This document shows positions 47,761-57,016 of a stretch of DNA of 64,000 nucleotides, one piece after another (position 1 is the first letter of the stretch; each line of letters opens with the position of its first letter). The position numbers were made by a program, and so were the translations under genes. Source of the stretch: Vulcanimicrobiota bacterium (GTDB lineage: Bacteria; Vulcanimicrobiota; Vulcanimicrobiia; Vulcanimicrobiales; Vulcanimicrobiaceae). The stretch lies in NCBI GenBank assembly GCA_963730125.1, contig CAVSQP010000019.1, forward strand, positions 94,826 through 158,825, written 5' to 3'. The notes beneath the pieces are model-generated. The model made no database searches. It saw nothing but the letters and a program-made list of their open reading frames with translations, and was not told the DNA's origin.

Positions 47761-50700
47761 GAAGCATCTCTGCTTCGCGCGCCAGCTCGACCGAAACGAT
47801 CGAACTTACGCCCGCGTCGCGCGACGTCACGCCGTAGATACGGTCGGCCATCTCCATCGTCTTTTTGTTGTGCGTCACGACCAGCACTTGTGAGTCTTTC
47901 GCGAATGATTTGACGGTTTCGCAGAACTTGTCGATGTTGGCGTCGTCGAGCGCGGCGTCGACCTCGTCGAGGAAGTAGAACGGCGCGGGCCGCGTCGCAA
48001 TCAAGGCAAAGATGAGGGCCGCTGCGGTCATCGCGCGCTCGCCGCCGGAGAGAGCCGCCAGCGCCATCTGCTTCTTGCCGGGCGGCTGCACCGCGATCTC
48101 GATGCCGGTTTCGGAGAGATTGTCCGGCTGCGTCTGCCACATCTTCGCTTCGCCGCCGGTAAAGAGCCGCCGGTACATCTCGGTGAAAGCCACGGCCACG
48201 CGCTCGAAGGTTTCGTTGAACTGCACTTGCGTTTCGCGTTCGATTTCGCGAATCGACTCGAGCAGCGTCTCGCGCGCTTTGGTAAGGTCTTGCATCTGAG
48301 CGCGCAAGAACGCATCGCGCTCGGCCAGCTCGGCGCGCTCGGCCTCGGCGTTGAGGTTGACGTTTGCCTGCAGGCGAGCCAGTTCGTCGCGCAGGCGCGG
48401 CAGCTCGTCGACGACCGAATCGGGCTCCTTTTGGTAGCGCTGCTCGACGTCGGCGCATTCTTCGGCCGTCGCCGGATTCTGCGCGAACTGCGAAACGAGC
48501 ATCCCGAGCTCGGCTTCGACTTGCGTCAAGCGCGTGCGGCGGTTCTCGCCCGCGGCCAACGTATCGCGCTCCTCCTGTTCGGCGCCGCGGAAATCGGCCT
48601 CGGTCTGTGCCTGCTGCTGCATCAGACCCTCGCGCTCGCGCCGGGCCGCTTCGACCTTTGCGTCGAGCTCGCGTACGCCGCGCTGCAGACCCTCCACGCG
48701 AGCGTGTTTGGTGCGCGTCTCTTCCATCAGCGACGCGACCTCGGCGAGCATCGCTTCGCGCGCCGATCCGGCACGCTGCCCATCTTGATCGAGCATTCCC
48801 AACCGCGCCTTGGCGGCGTCGCGTTCGGCCGAGAGCCCGGCCGCGCGTTCGCGCAGATCGGCAACGAGCGCGCTGGCGGCAAGCGCGGCGGCTTCGGCAA
48901 CGGCGATCTCTTCGCGCGTCGCCTCGAGCTCGCGCTCGAGCGCGGCTCGCTCTTGTTCGCTCGCCGTTACTTCCGGCTCGGCGCGACCGCATTCGCTCTC
49001 CATCGCGCGCGCCCGGTCGGCGCCGACGCGCAGCTCGGAAGCTGCGGCGCGTGCCGTTTCGAGTTCGCCCGCGGTACGCTCGACCTCGGCCTGCAGCGCC
49101 GTGGCTTCGGCGCGCAATCCGACGAGCTGCGATTCGGTTCGCGTTCGCGATTCGCGCGCGGCATCGCGCTGCGCGATCGCCCCTTCGGCCCTACCGTGCG
49201 CGTCGCGCAATGCGCGCTCGGCCTCTTCCAGTTTGGCGCGCAGCTCCACCAAGGCTTCGCGCAGGCTCTGTGCGGCAAAACGTCGCGATAGAATCGAGCG
49301 ATCGCGTTGGAAGCGGCCGCCGGTAATCGCGCCGCCGCCCGTAATCTGCTCGCCGTTGAGCGTAACGATGGTGTCGCGCAGGCCGCGCGAGCGGACCAGG
49401 TCTATTCCCGTCTCCAGCGTCGTGACGATCAGAACGTTTCCGACCAAGAAGTTGACGATACCCGAAAATCGCGCATCGGTGCGAATCAGGGTGTGCGCGT
49501 ATCCGATGACGCCGGAGAGACCGGCAAGCTCGGCGTCGATCTTCCGTCCGGTTCGGTCGGAGAGCGTGTCGAGCGGTAAGAACGTCGCGCGCCCGGCCTG
49601 CAAGCGATTGAGAAACGCGACGGCGCGCTCGGCGTCTTCGGAGGTCGTCGTGACGACGTTGGAGAGCCGCGCACCAAAGGCCACATCCAGCGCGCGCGCA
49701 TACCGCTCGTCGGTAGCGATCAGATTCGAAACGATGCCTTCGATCCCGCGGAGCTCGTTTTTCTGCCACGCTTCGACGACCGCGCGCGTTCCGGGAACGT
49801 GCCCTTCGAGCGAGTTCTCGAGCTCTTCGATGGTGTGCAGGCGCGATTGCGCGGCGGCGACTTCGCCCGAGAGATCGCGGTGCGCTGCGACGGCATGGGC
49901 GACGGCTTCTTGTGCCGACGACGCGTCGCGTTCGGCATCCTCGGAGCGTCCGCGTGCTTCGAGCAGCTCCTCGTCCAACGATTCGAGCCTCCGCCGGCGC
50001 TCGCCGTACCGGTGCGCGGCGCCGCCGGCGGCGATTTCGGCTTGCTCGGCGCGCTCTCTCGCCGCGCGCTCCTCGCGTTCGAGCCGATCGGCCTCGGCGC
50101 GCATCGACTCGCCGCGCACGCGCTGCTCGGCCTTGCGCTCGGCCAGCTCGGCCGCCGCGATTTCGACCTCGCGCAGTCGCGTCAAAACCGTATCGAGCTT
50201 GGCGCGTGCCTGCGCCAGCGCGGCATGCGCGGCCAGCTCGCCCTCGCGCGCCGTGTCGACCTCGGCCGTTAGCGGAACGATGCGATCGTCGAGCCCGGCG
50301 ACGCTTTCTGCCAGCGTGGCGCGTTCCTGATCCACCCGCTGCACGTCTTGCGTCGTCTGCGTCGATTGGCGCTCGAGCGCTTCGCGCCGCGCCAGCGCCG
50401 CGGCATACTCGGCTTCGAGGGTGGACAGCTCGCCGCGCGCGTGCTGCGCCTGCGAACGAAGCTCTTCTAGCTGCAGCTCGCTACGGTAGAGTTGCGTGCG
50501 CAGCTTGGCGGCATCGGCTCCGAATACGGCGGCTTTCCCGGCGGCCGCGGCGCGCAATGCATCGTCGCGCTCCAGCTCCACGCGCAACGCGTCGCGCTCG
50601 GCCCGCCGAGAAGCGCCCGCGCGCAGATACGAGAGTATCTCCAAATCGCGCACGCGCGTTCCGATGCGGCGATACCGCTTGGCTCGCCGCAACTGCGTGT

Positions 50701-51313
50701 CGAGCTCGGGAATGCGCCGCTCCATCTCGGCGAGCAGATCGTTGATGCGTATCGCGTTCTGCTCGGTTCGCTCGAGCCGGCGCATCGATTCCTGACGGCG
50801 CGCGAGGAACTTGCCGATGCCCGAAGTCTCTTCGAAGAGCGCTCGACGGTCGACCGGCTTGCTGGTAAGAATCGCGTCGATCTGACCTTGCGAGACGATC
50901 GCGTACGACCCAGGCCCGAGCCCCGTTCCCATCAACAGGTCGACGACGTCGCGCAGACGCACCGGCGTCTGGTTGATGAAGTACTCGCTCTCGCCGACGC
51001 GATAGGCGCGCCGCGTGATCTCCACTTGCGCGAAGTCGATCGGCAGCCGGCGATCGGAGTTGTCAAAGACGACCGAGACCTCGGCCAAGCCCAGTGGTTT
51101 GCGCGAATCGGTCCCTTTAAAGATAACGTCTTCGAGCAACGCCGAGCGCAGGCTCCGCGCCGCCTCACCCAAGACCCAGCGGAACGCGTCGACGAGATTC
51201 GATTTGCCCGACCCATTGGGACCGACGATGGCGGTGACGCCGTCGCCGAACTCCATCGTCGTCGGCTCGGCGAACGTCTTGAATCCGAAGGCGCGAATGC
51301 GTTCGAGCCTCAT
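47753..51313 (-). CDS. smc: Chromosome segregation protein SMC
   Basis: 1186 aa. Walker A GPNGSGKSN, long coiled coils, a hinge (…IGYAHTLI…), signature LSGGERAMTAAAL, and Walker B FYFLDEVDAALD. Confidence 0.97.
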   Translation of the reverse strand: MRLERIRAFGFKTFAEPTTMEFGDGVTAIVGPNGSGKSNLVDAFRWVLGEAARSLRSALLEDVIFKGTDSRKPLGLAEVSVVFDNSDRRLPIDFAQVEITRRAYRVGESEYFINQTPVRLRDVVDLLMGTGLGPGSYAIVSQGQIDAILTSKPVDRRALFEETSGIGKFLARRQESMRRLERTEQNAIRINDLLAEMERRIPELDTQLRRAKRYRRIGTRVRDLEILSYLRAGASRRAERDALRVELERDDALRAAAAGKAAVFGADAAKLRTQLYRSELQLEELRSQAQHARGELSTLEAEYAAALARREALERQSTQTTQDVQRVDQERATLAESVAGLDDRIVPLTAEVDTAREGELAAHAALAQARAKLDTVLTRLREVEIAAAELAERKAEQRVRGESMRAEADRLEREERAARERAEQAEIAAGGAAHRYGERRRRLESLDEELLEARGRSEDAERDASSAQEAVAHAVAAHRDLSGEVAAAQSRLHTIEELENSLEGHVPGTRAVVEAWQKNELRGIEGIVSNLIATDERYARALDVAFGARLSNVVTTTSEDAERAVAFLNRLQAGRATFLPLDTLSDRTGRKIDAELAGLSGVIGYAHTLIRTDARFSGIVNFLVGNVLIVTTLETGIDLVRSRGLRDTIVTLNGEQITGGGAITGGRFQRDRSILSRRFAAQSLREALVELRAKLEEAERALRDAHGRAEGAIAQRDAARESRTRTESQLVGLRAEATALQAEVERTAGELETARAAASELRVGADRARAMESECGRAEPEVTASEQERAALERELEATREEIAVAEAAALAASALVADLRERAAGLSAERDAAKARLGMLDQDGQRAGSAREAMLAEVASLMEETRTKHARVEGLQRGVRELDAKVEAARREREGLMQQQAQTEADFRGAEQEERDTLAAGENRRTRLTQVEAELGMLVSQFAQNPATAEECADVEQRYQKEPDSVVDELPRLRDELARLQANVNLNAEAERAELAERDAFLRAQMQDLTKARETLLESIREIERETQVQFNETFERVAVAFTEMYRRLFTGGEAKMWQTQPDNLSETGIEIAVQPPGKKQMALAALSGGERAMTAAALIFALIATRPAPFYFLDEVDAALDDANIDKFCETVKSFAKDSQVLVVTHNKKTMEMADRIYGVTSRDAGVSSIVSVELAREAEMLLA

Positions 51314-52011
51314 GCGCCGGACCCGGAGATGGACTCCAGCGCCGCTTGCGCAGCGGCCTGCTGCGCCGACTTCTTCGACGGACCGTTCCCCTTGCCTAAG
51401 ACTTTGCCGGCGACGCTCACGCGCGAGCTGAAGGCAGGCCGCTGCGGCGTTCCGCGGCTGGTTTCGCGATAGACGGGTGTCGCCGAAAGATGTTCCTGCG
51501 CGTAGTGCTGCAAGCGCGTTTTAGGATCGAGCAGCGAATCGAACGAATGATCGAGCTCGGCGACGTGATGGGTCAACACGAACTCGCGCGCCTTGTCCAG
51601 GCCGTAACGCAGATAGAGGGCTCCGACAAAGGCTTCGAATGCATCGGCAAGCACCGACGTGTTTTCGGTGCCGCCGGCGCTGCGCATTCCGGCCCCGAGA
51701 CGAAGCAGTCCGGAAAAGCCGAGGCGCCGCGCCGATTGCGCGAGCGTCGCGTCGTTGACGATGGCGGCCTTACGCAACGTCAGCGCCCCCTCGGGTTCTT
51801 CGGCAAACTGATCGTAGAGCCACGCCGCGGTGATGCATCCGAGAATCGAGTCGCCCAGAAACTCCATTCGCTCGTTCGAACCGCCGCCGCGTTCTTTCGC
51901 ATAACTCTGATGGGCGAACGCCTTCTCGAAGAAGGTGGGATCGCCCACTCGACGGATGCCGGCGAGACGCAGCAGGTCCCGCAAGCGCCGCCGGTACGCT
52001 TCGCCGCTCAT
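51310..52011 (-). CDS. rnc: Ribonuclease III
   Basis: Internal ATG at 52011. RNase III signature NERMEFLGDSILG, a C-terminal dsRBD (…GPSKKSAQQAAAQAAL), and an ATGA overlap with the smc start. Confidence 0.93.
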   Translation of the reverse strand: MSGEAYRRRLRDLLRLAGIRRVGDPTFFEKAFAHQSYAKERGGGSNERMEFLGDSILGCITAAWLYDQFAEEPEGALTLRKAAIVNDATLAQSARRLGFSGLLRLGAGMRSAGGTENTSVLADAFEAFVGALYLRYGLDKAREFVLTHHVAELDHSFDSLLDPKTRLQHYAQEHLSATPVYRETSRGTPQRPAFSSRVSVAGKVLGKGNGPSKKSAQQAAAQAALESISGSGA

Positions 52012-52025
52012 AACGCTCGACCGCG

Positions 52026-53300
52026 CTACTCCGGGCGAACTTTGGCGAAGACGATGACGCTGTTGTGCCCGCCGAATCCGAACGAGTTGGAGAGCGCGAC
52101 TCGTATCGGTGCGCTTCGCGCGACGTTCGGAACGTAATCGAGGCGGCACTCCGGATCGGGGTACTCGTAGTTCGTCGTCGGCGGCATAAGATCGTTACGA
52201 ACCGCCAGCACCGTCGCAACGCCCTCGATCCCGCCGGCTGCGCCCAGCGCGTGACCGTGCATCGACTTGGTCGAGCTGACGCCGATGCGGTAGGCGTCCT
52301 CGCCGAAGGTTTTTTCGATCGCTTTCGATTCGGCCGGATCGCCGACCGGCGTCGAGGTACCGTGCGCGTTGATGTAATCGACGTCGCTCGGCTCGATGGC
52401 GGCGCTGGCCAGGGCACGCGCGAAGGCCAGCCGGACGCCGTTGCCCTCGGGATCGGGCGCGACGAGGTCGTAGGCGTCCGACGACTGCCCGTAGCCTAAG
52501 ACTTCACAGTAGATCGACGCGCCGCGCGCCTTGGCGTGCTCGTAATCCTCGAGCACCAAAATCCCGGCGCCCTCACCGAGTACGAAACCGTCGCGCTCGC
52601 GGTCGAAGGGCCGGCTGGCACGCGTCGGTTCGTCGTTGCGGGTCGACATTGCGCGCATCGAGCAGAAACCGCCGATGGCGAGAGGCGAGACGGTTGCCTC
52701 GCTGCCGCCGGTAATCATCGCGATCGCGTCGCCGTACGCGATGGCGTTGTATGCCGTGCAGATCGCGTCGTTGGCGCTGGCGCAGGCGCTAGCCGCCGCA
52801 AAGAACGGTCCGCGATAACCGAAGGCCATCGAAATGTGCGCCGGCGCGGCGTTGGCCATCAGCATCGGAATAAAGAAGGGGGTTACCTTCGCCCAGGTGC
52901 CGTTCTCGTTGGCCTTATCGGAGTTGAGCCAGAAGGTAATGATTCCGCCGATCCCGGTGCCGACGACGCCCCCGACGCGCTCCTTGAACTCGGGGTCGTC
53001 GGGCAGTTTGGCGTCTTCGATCGCTTCGCGCGCAGCGACGAGAGCGAACTGCGTGAACCGGTCCATCCGGCGCGCCTCTTTGCGGCCGATCAGTTGCTCG
53101 GGATACCACTCTTTGACCTCGCCGGCGATTCGCGTGTCGAAAAGGGCCGCGTCGAAAGCGGTGATGGGGGCAATACCGGACTCGCCGGCGATTAGACGTC
53201 TCCAAAACTCGTCGCGGGTGTTGCCGACCGGGGTCACGGCCCCCAAGCCGGTGACGACGACCCGCCGCCGGGCAGGCGGTTGCATACTGGAAGCGCTCAA
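52026..53300 (-). CDS. fabF: 3-oxoacyl-ACP synthase II
   Basis: 424 aa. Active-site Cys in AASACASANDAI, HGTSTPVGD, GHALGAAG, and C-terminal NSFGFGGHN. Confidence 0.96.
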   Translation of the reverse strand: MSASSMQPPARRRVVVTGLGAVTPVGNTRDEFWRRLIAGESGIAPITAFDAALFDTRIAGEVKEWYPEQLIGRKEARRMDRFTQFALVAAREAIEDAKLPDDPEFKERVGGVVGTGIGGIITFWLNSDKANENGTWAKVTPFFIPMLMANAAPAHISMAFGYRGPFFAAASACASANDAICTAYNAIAYGDAIAMITGGSEATVSPLAIGGFCSMRAMSTRNDEPTRASRPFDRERDGFVLGEGAGILVLEDYEHAKARGASIYCEVLGYGQSSDAYDLVAPDPEGNGVRLAFARALASAAIEPSDVDYINAHGTSTPVGDPAESKAIEKTFGEDAYRIGVSSTKSMHGHALGAAGGIEGVATVLAVRNDLMPPTTNYEYPDPECRLDYVPNVARSAPIRVALSNSFGFGGHNSVIVFAKVRPE

Positions 53301-53312
53301 AGCTTCACCAAG

Positions 53313-54749
53313 TTACGGCGGCTTTAAGGTCGTTCCCCCTCGCGCAAATTGCAGCAGCAGCAGGAACGCCAATGTCACGATGAACAGGAGCGCCGCAGCA
53401 ACGATGAGCGCCACCCGGCGAGCGCCCACGCCGGCGCAGCGCGTAAAGCCGTCGTCGAGAAAGGTTTGCGCACAGTACGCCGGCCGCCACCACCCGAGCC
53501 AGATCCCGGCGGCCGAAGGACGCGACGGCCAGCCGTCGGCCTGCTGCTGCCAGCGCTCCCGCATCGCCGGATCGCTTCCGAGCCGAGCATGGATCCTCGC
53601 CAGAGACGCAGCATCGACGATCCCTGCTCCCCAGGTCTGGTCGAAGCTTCGCGGCGCGCTCCATCGTTGCGACTCCACGTCATAAGTAAACTCGACGATA
53701 TCCGAAAGAGCCCCGCTCTTCGCGACCCGCAGCGTGTAAAAGGCCGGATTGTTGCCGTAGATCGGCGAGAGCGACCCGAAGGTCACGATCGGGACGTTGC
53801 CGGCAAGGCGGAAATCAAAACGATGCGCGTGGCCGCTCAGCACGAAAGCGATGCGATTGCGCGGCGAAGCGATGAGCGCATCGAGCGCCGCATTGGCGTC
53901 CGCTTCGAGAAACGGCCAAGCTACCAGACCGCGTACGTAGGTCGTCGTCTGAGCATCGTATCCCGGCGGAATGTGCATTACGAAAATCGTTTTGCCGTCA
54001 TACGGTCGAGCTAGGATTTGCCGCAACCACGCTAGTTCGCCGAGCCCGGCGTCGCGCTCATCACCACGGCAATCGCCGGCGAAAACGAGAGAGAACAGCA
54101 CCGAGTTCAGGACGACGACGCGCCGACGCCCGGTTAGCGTCAGCGAATAATAGCCGCCGCGCGCGAAATCCCGTACGAACTCAGCGGAGCCGCCGCCGCG
54201 CGCGACCAGCGGCGCCCAGACGCGTGCGAGGGCGGCCAGATAAGGACCCGTAAGCGGGGCGCGGTAGTCGCCGCAGGGTGCGTCGTTGTTCCCCAGCGTT
54301 ACGACGAACCGCGCGTGCGGAAAGGCGTGCCCGAGCGCGCCCGCCATGCGGCGCATCGCCTCCAGGGCCGGGCGTTCCGGGGGGACCCCGGGCTCGTAGC
54401 GGGCCGCCAGCGAGGGAAAGCGATGAGCCAAAAAGTCGCCGGTCAGCACCACGACGGCCGGATCGGGCGCCACCCGGCGCATCCGCTCCACCGCTTCGTC
54501 GAACAGCGCCGCGTCGGCATCGCGCCCATAGCCGTTTGGCCCGGGCGATCGGTCGAACGGATCGAGATGAACGTCTCCGGCGACCAGCCACAGCTCGCCT
54601 TGGCTTGCCGCCGCGGGGAGCGCCCCGGCGCCGAACATGGCGGCCAAGAGCAGCACGAGCGGCGAGGCCAGGCGCCGAACGGTCTGCTTGCGCTTCCGCT
54701 TGGGGGTGGATATAATCAGGGGCTGTCTGCCACCAAGGGTGTGGGACAA
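53313..54749 (-). CDS. Membrane-anchored metallophosphoesterase, acid-sphingomyelinase-like family
   Basis: Motifs VAGDVHLDPF, LTGDFLAH, TLGNNDAP, FVMHIPPG, LSGHAHRF. Signal-like N-terminus (KRKRKQTVRRLASPLVLLLAAMFGAGALPAAASQ) and a C-terminal TM helix (VALIVAAALLFIVTLAFLLLL). The start is ambiguous: TTG at 54749 or GTG at 54656. The listed ATG at 54893 is antisense to rpmH and was rejected. Confidence 0.65.
   Translation of the reverse strand: MSHTLGGRQPLIISTPKRKRKQTVRRLASPLVLLLAAMFGAGALPAAASQGELWLVAGDVHLDPFDRSPGPNGYGRDADAALFDEAVERMRRVAPDPAVVVLTGDFLAHRFPSLAARYEPGVPPERPALEAMRRMAGALGHAFPHARFVVTLGNNDAPCGDYRAPLTGPYLAALARVWAPLVARGGGSAEFVRDFARGGYYSLTLTGRRRVVVLNSVLFSLVFAGDCRGDERDAGLGELAWLRQILARPYDGKTIFVMHIPPGYDAQTTTYVRGLVAWPFLEADANAALDALIASPRNRIAFVLSGHAHRFDFRLAGNVPIVTFGSLSPIYGNNPAFYTLRVAKSGALSDIVEFTYDVESQRWSAPRSFDQTWGAGIVDAASLARIHARLGSDPAMRERWQQQADGWPSRPSAAGIWLGWWRPAYCAQTFLDDGFTRCAGVGARRVALIVAAALLFIVTLAFLLLLQFARGGTTLKPP
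54688..54716 (+). promoter_or_regulatory. Putative sigma-70-type promoter of the rpmH operon
   Basis: TTGCGC (54688-54693), a 17-nt spacer, then TATAAT (54711-54716), 58 nt upstream of the rpmH ATG. A GAAGGGA Shine-Dalgarno-like sequence lies before the ATG. Confidence 0.5.
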
Positions 54750-54773
54750 TACTTTTTCGCCTGAAGGGACGTT

Positions 54774-54908
54774 ATGAAGCGGACGTATCAGCCGCACAAT
54801 CGCCGCCGCAAACGCGTGCACGGATTTCGCGAACGGATGAGCACGAAACAGGGTCGTAGGGTGCTGGCTCGCCGCCGCAAGAAGGGGCGCCATCGCCTTA
54901 CCGTCTGA
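54774..54908 (+). CDS. rpmH: 50S ribosomal protein L34
   Basis: 44-aa ORF, not in the supplied track because it is under 60 aa: [44 protein letters not shown]. Its stop overlaps the rnpA ATG (TGATG). Confidence 0.95.
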   Translation: MKRTYQPHNRRRKRVHGFRERMSTKQGRRVLARRRKKGRHRLTV

Positions 54909-55234
54909 TGCGCCGCTTCGTCAGCCTACGCCGGCGAGCGGATTTCGCACGGTTACGGCGGTTCGGAAGCCGCGTATCCACTAAGAGTCTTACCATTTAT
55001 CGTAGCGATGCACAGACCGGCGATTCCGTGCCGGTCGTCGGCATCACCGTAAGCAAACTGCTGGGGAAGGCCGTGCTCCGAAACAAGTTGCGCCGACGCT
55101 TATCGGCGATCGTCCACGATGCGCTCGGCGAGCGCCGGCCGATGCGCCTGCTCATCGTGCCGCGCCCAGCCGCGGCCGAGCTTGCCTATAACGATCTGCG
55201 AGCCGAGGTAACCTCGGCGCTTGCCGCCGGGTAG
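54908..55234 (+). CDS. rnpA: Ribonuclease P protein component
   Basis: 108 aa, basic, with the RNR-like motif (AVLRNKLRRRL), immediately after rpmH. Confidence 0.9.
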   Translation: MRRFVSLRRRADFARLRRFGSRVSTKSLTIYRSDAQTGDSVPVVGITVSKLLGKAVLRNKLRRRLSAIVHDALGERRPMRLLIVPRPAAAELAYNDLRAEVTSALAAG

Positions 55235-55242
55235 TACCAGGC

Positions 55243-55497
55243 ATGCGGCTCGTACTTCTCTACGCAATCCGGCTTTATCAAGTCGCAATTTCTCCGCTGC
55301 TCCCTCGCGCTTGCCGCTTCTACCCGACCTGTTCGCACTACGCTACGCATGCGATTGCCGAGTACGGCGCCCTTTACGGCACGTGGCTCGCGATTGCCCG
55401 GCTCGCCCGTTGTAACCCCTGGCATCCCGGCGGAGTCGACTTCGTACCGGCACGCGCGCCCGATCCCTCGTCCGCAGCAGCGTCCGGCTTGAGATAA
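55243..55497 (+). CDS. yidD: Membrane protein insertion efficiency factor YidD
   Basis: LYQVAISPLLPRACRFYPTCSHYA…RCNPWHPGG. Confidence 0.93.
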   Translation: MRLVLLYAIRLYQVAISPLLPRACRFYPTCSHYATHAIAEYGALYGTWLAIARLARCNPWHPGGVDFVPARAPDPSSAAASGLR

Positions 55498-55508
55498 GGA
55501 ACGATATC

Positions 55509-56384
55509 TTGCACCTGCTGCTGGCAGCCTCGTGGCTCGATCCAATCGTCAACGGGCTATGGTGGGTCGTTCAGACGATCGACAAGCCGATCAACAATTT
55601 AGGTTGGAGCTTGGTCATCCTGGCGGCGTTTATCCGGCTGGTCTTCTGGCCTCTCAACACCGCGCAGTTCAAAGCGATGCTGAACATGCAGAAGATCGCG
55701 CCGCTGCTCAAGCGCGTTCAGGAAAAACATAAGGACGACAAGCAGAAGCAGCAGCAAGAGACGATGGCGCTCTATAAGGAGCACCGCGTCAATCCGTTCG
55801 CCGGCTGCTGGCCGATGCTGGTGCAATATCCCGTGATCATCGGCGTCTACTACGTCGTCATGAATCACAAGGCGCTCTTCGAAAACCAGACCTGGTTCTG
55901 GATCGGCAGCTTTATGTCGCAGGCCGCGCCAAAGCTTTTCGGCGTGCCGATCCTCGCCATCAGCTTGGCGCACGCCGATCTCGTGCTGGTCTTACTCTAC
56001 GCCTTTTCGATGTACCTCAGCGTGCGTTTCGTCAGTATGCCGGCGGCCGATCCCCAGCAGGCGCAGATGCAGCGCAACATGGCCCTGATCTCGCCGATCA
56101 TGCTGGGCTTTCTCGGCTGGAAGTACCAGTGGCCGTCGGCGATGGTGCTCTATTGGTTCTCGTACAACATTTTCACGATGGGCCAGCAGTTCTATATGCT
56201 GCGCCGCTACCATCAGCCGCTGGCGATGATCGACAGCGAGCACGTCATCACCGAGGGTGTCGCCGCATCGTCGTCGGGGAAAGCGCTTCCCAAGGCCGGC
56301 GGAGGCAACGGCACCGTCAAAACCAACTCTCCCAGGCCGGCGCGGTCGGGGCGATATAAGAGAAAGAACAAACGAGGCGCGTAA
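55509..56384 (+). CDS. yidC: Membrane protein insertase YidC/Oxa1 family (short form)
   Basis: 291 aa, polytopic. …PLNTAQFKAMLNMQKIAPLLKRVQEKHKDDKQKQQQETMALYKEHRVNPFAGCWPMLVQYPV…. Confidence 0.93.
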   Translation: MHLLLAASWLDPIVNGLWWVVQTIDKPINNLGWSLVILAAFIRLVFWPLNTAQFKAMLNMQKIAPLLKRVQEKHKDDKQKQQQETMALYKEHRVNPFAGCWPMLVQYPVIIGVYYVVMNHKALFENQTWFWIGSFMSQAAPKLFGVPILAISLAHADLVLVLLYAFSMYLSVRFVSMPAADPQQAQMQRNMALISPIMLGFLGWKYQWPSAMVLYWFSYNIFTMGQQFYMLRRYHQPLAMIDSEHVITEGVAASSSGKALPKAGGGNGTVKTNSPRPARSGRYKRKNKRGA

Positions 56385-56995
56385 TGCTTTACGAAGACGA
56401 TTTCGAGTTCGAAGAACAGCCCGCCGACCTTCGCGATCGCCCCATCCCCGGGAAATCCGGAGGAGGGCGCGGCGGGCGGACGCGGCACCCGCGCGAGCCG
56501 CAGCGCGACCGGCCGAGCCAGCCGGCTCGGCACCACGAGCTCCCCGAGGAAGCGAAGCCGGCACGCGATCTACTCAAGGAAATTCTCGAGCGCATGGGCG
56601 TCGGGCCGTGCGACATTCATTACATCCCGCGCGCCGAGGGCGAGTATCTCGAGATCGCCGGTCCGAATCTGGGCATGCTCATCGGACGTCACGGCAATAC
56701 GCTCGAGGCAATCAACTTGATCTTCAACAACGCCTTCAACGCGGGCGTGCGCAATAATCGTCATTACTTTACGATCGATGCCGAAGGCTATCGCGCGCAT
56801 CGCGCCGATCAGCTCAAGAACTTGGCGCTGGCGACGCTCGAGCGCACGATCCGCGAGAAGAAGCCGCAGAAGCTCGAGCCGATGCTTCCCTCGGAGCGCA
56901 AGATCGTGCATCTCGCACTCGCAGACTCGCCGCTCGTGCGTACCGAGTCGGAGGGTGAAGAGCCCGAGCGCTGCGTCGTCGTCTTCCCACGCTGA
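56384..56995 (+). CDS. jag: Jag/KhpB RNA-binding protein (KH + R3H domains)
   Basis: 203 aa. KH GxxG (LIGRHGNTLEAI) and R3H (PSERKIVHLAL). In the conserved position after yidC. Confidence 0.88.
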   Translation: MLYEDDFEFEEQPADLRDRPIPGKSGGGRGGRTRHPREPQRDRPSQPARHHELPEEAKPARDLLKEILERMGVGPCDIHYIPRAEGEYLEIAGPNLGMLIGRHGNTLEAINLIFNNAFNAGVRNNRHYFTIDAEGYRAHRADQLKNLALATLERTIREKKPQKLEPMLPSERKIVHLALADSPLVRTESEGEEPERCVVVFPR

Positions 56996-57016
56996 GACGA
57001 CGCTAGCCGGCTTGCC

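Noticed and set aside
48810-50330. 506-aa Ser/Ala/Arg-rich ORF, and the sibling ORFs 47583..48992 (-), 48227..49291 (+) and 48364..49326 (+)
   Set aside because: All overlap the SMC coiled-coil region, antisense or out of frame. The repetitive composition reflects the Glu/Ala/Arg/Leu codons of the coiled coil read in other frames.
54700-54720. DnaA box or oriC at gggtggatataat upstream of rpmH
   Set aside because: It is a single imperfect resemblance to TGTGGATAA that is better read as an extended -10 promoter. There is no box cluster and no AT-rich DUE.
54750-54893. ATG at 54893 as the start of the phosphoesterase gene
   Set aside because: That extension is exactly antisense to the highly conserved rpmH coding sequence and precedes the signal-peptide-like segment. 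It is almost certainly not translated.
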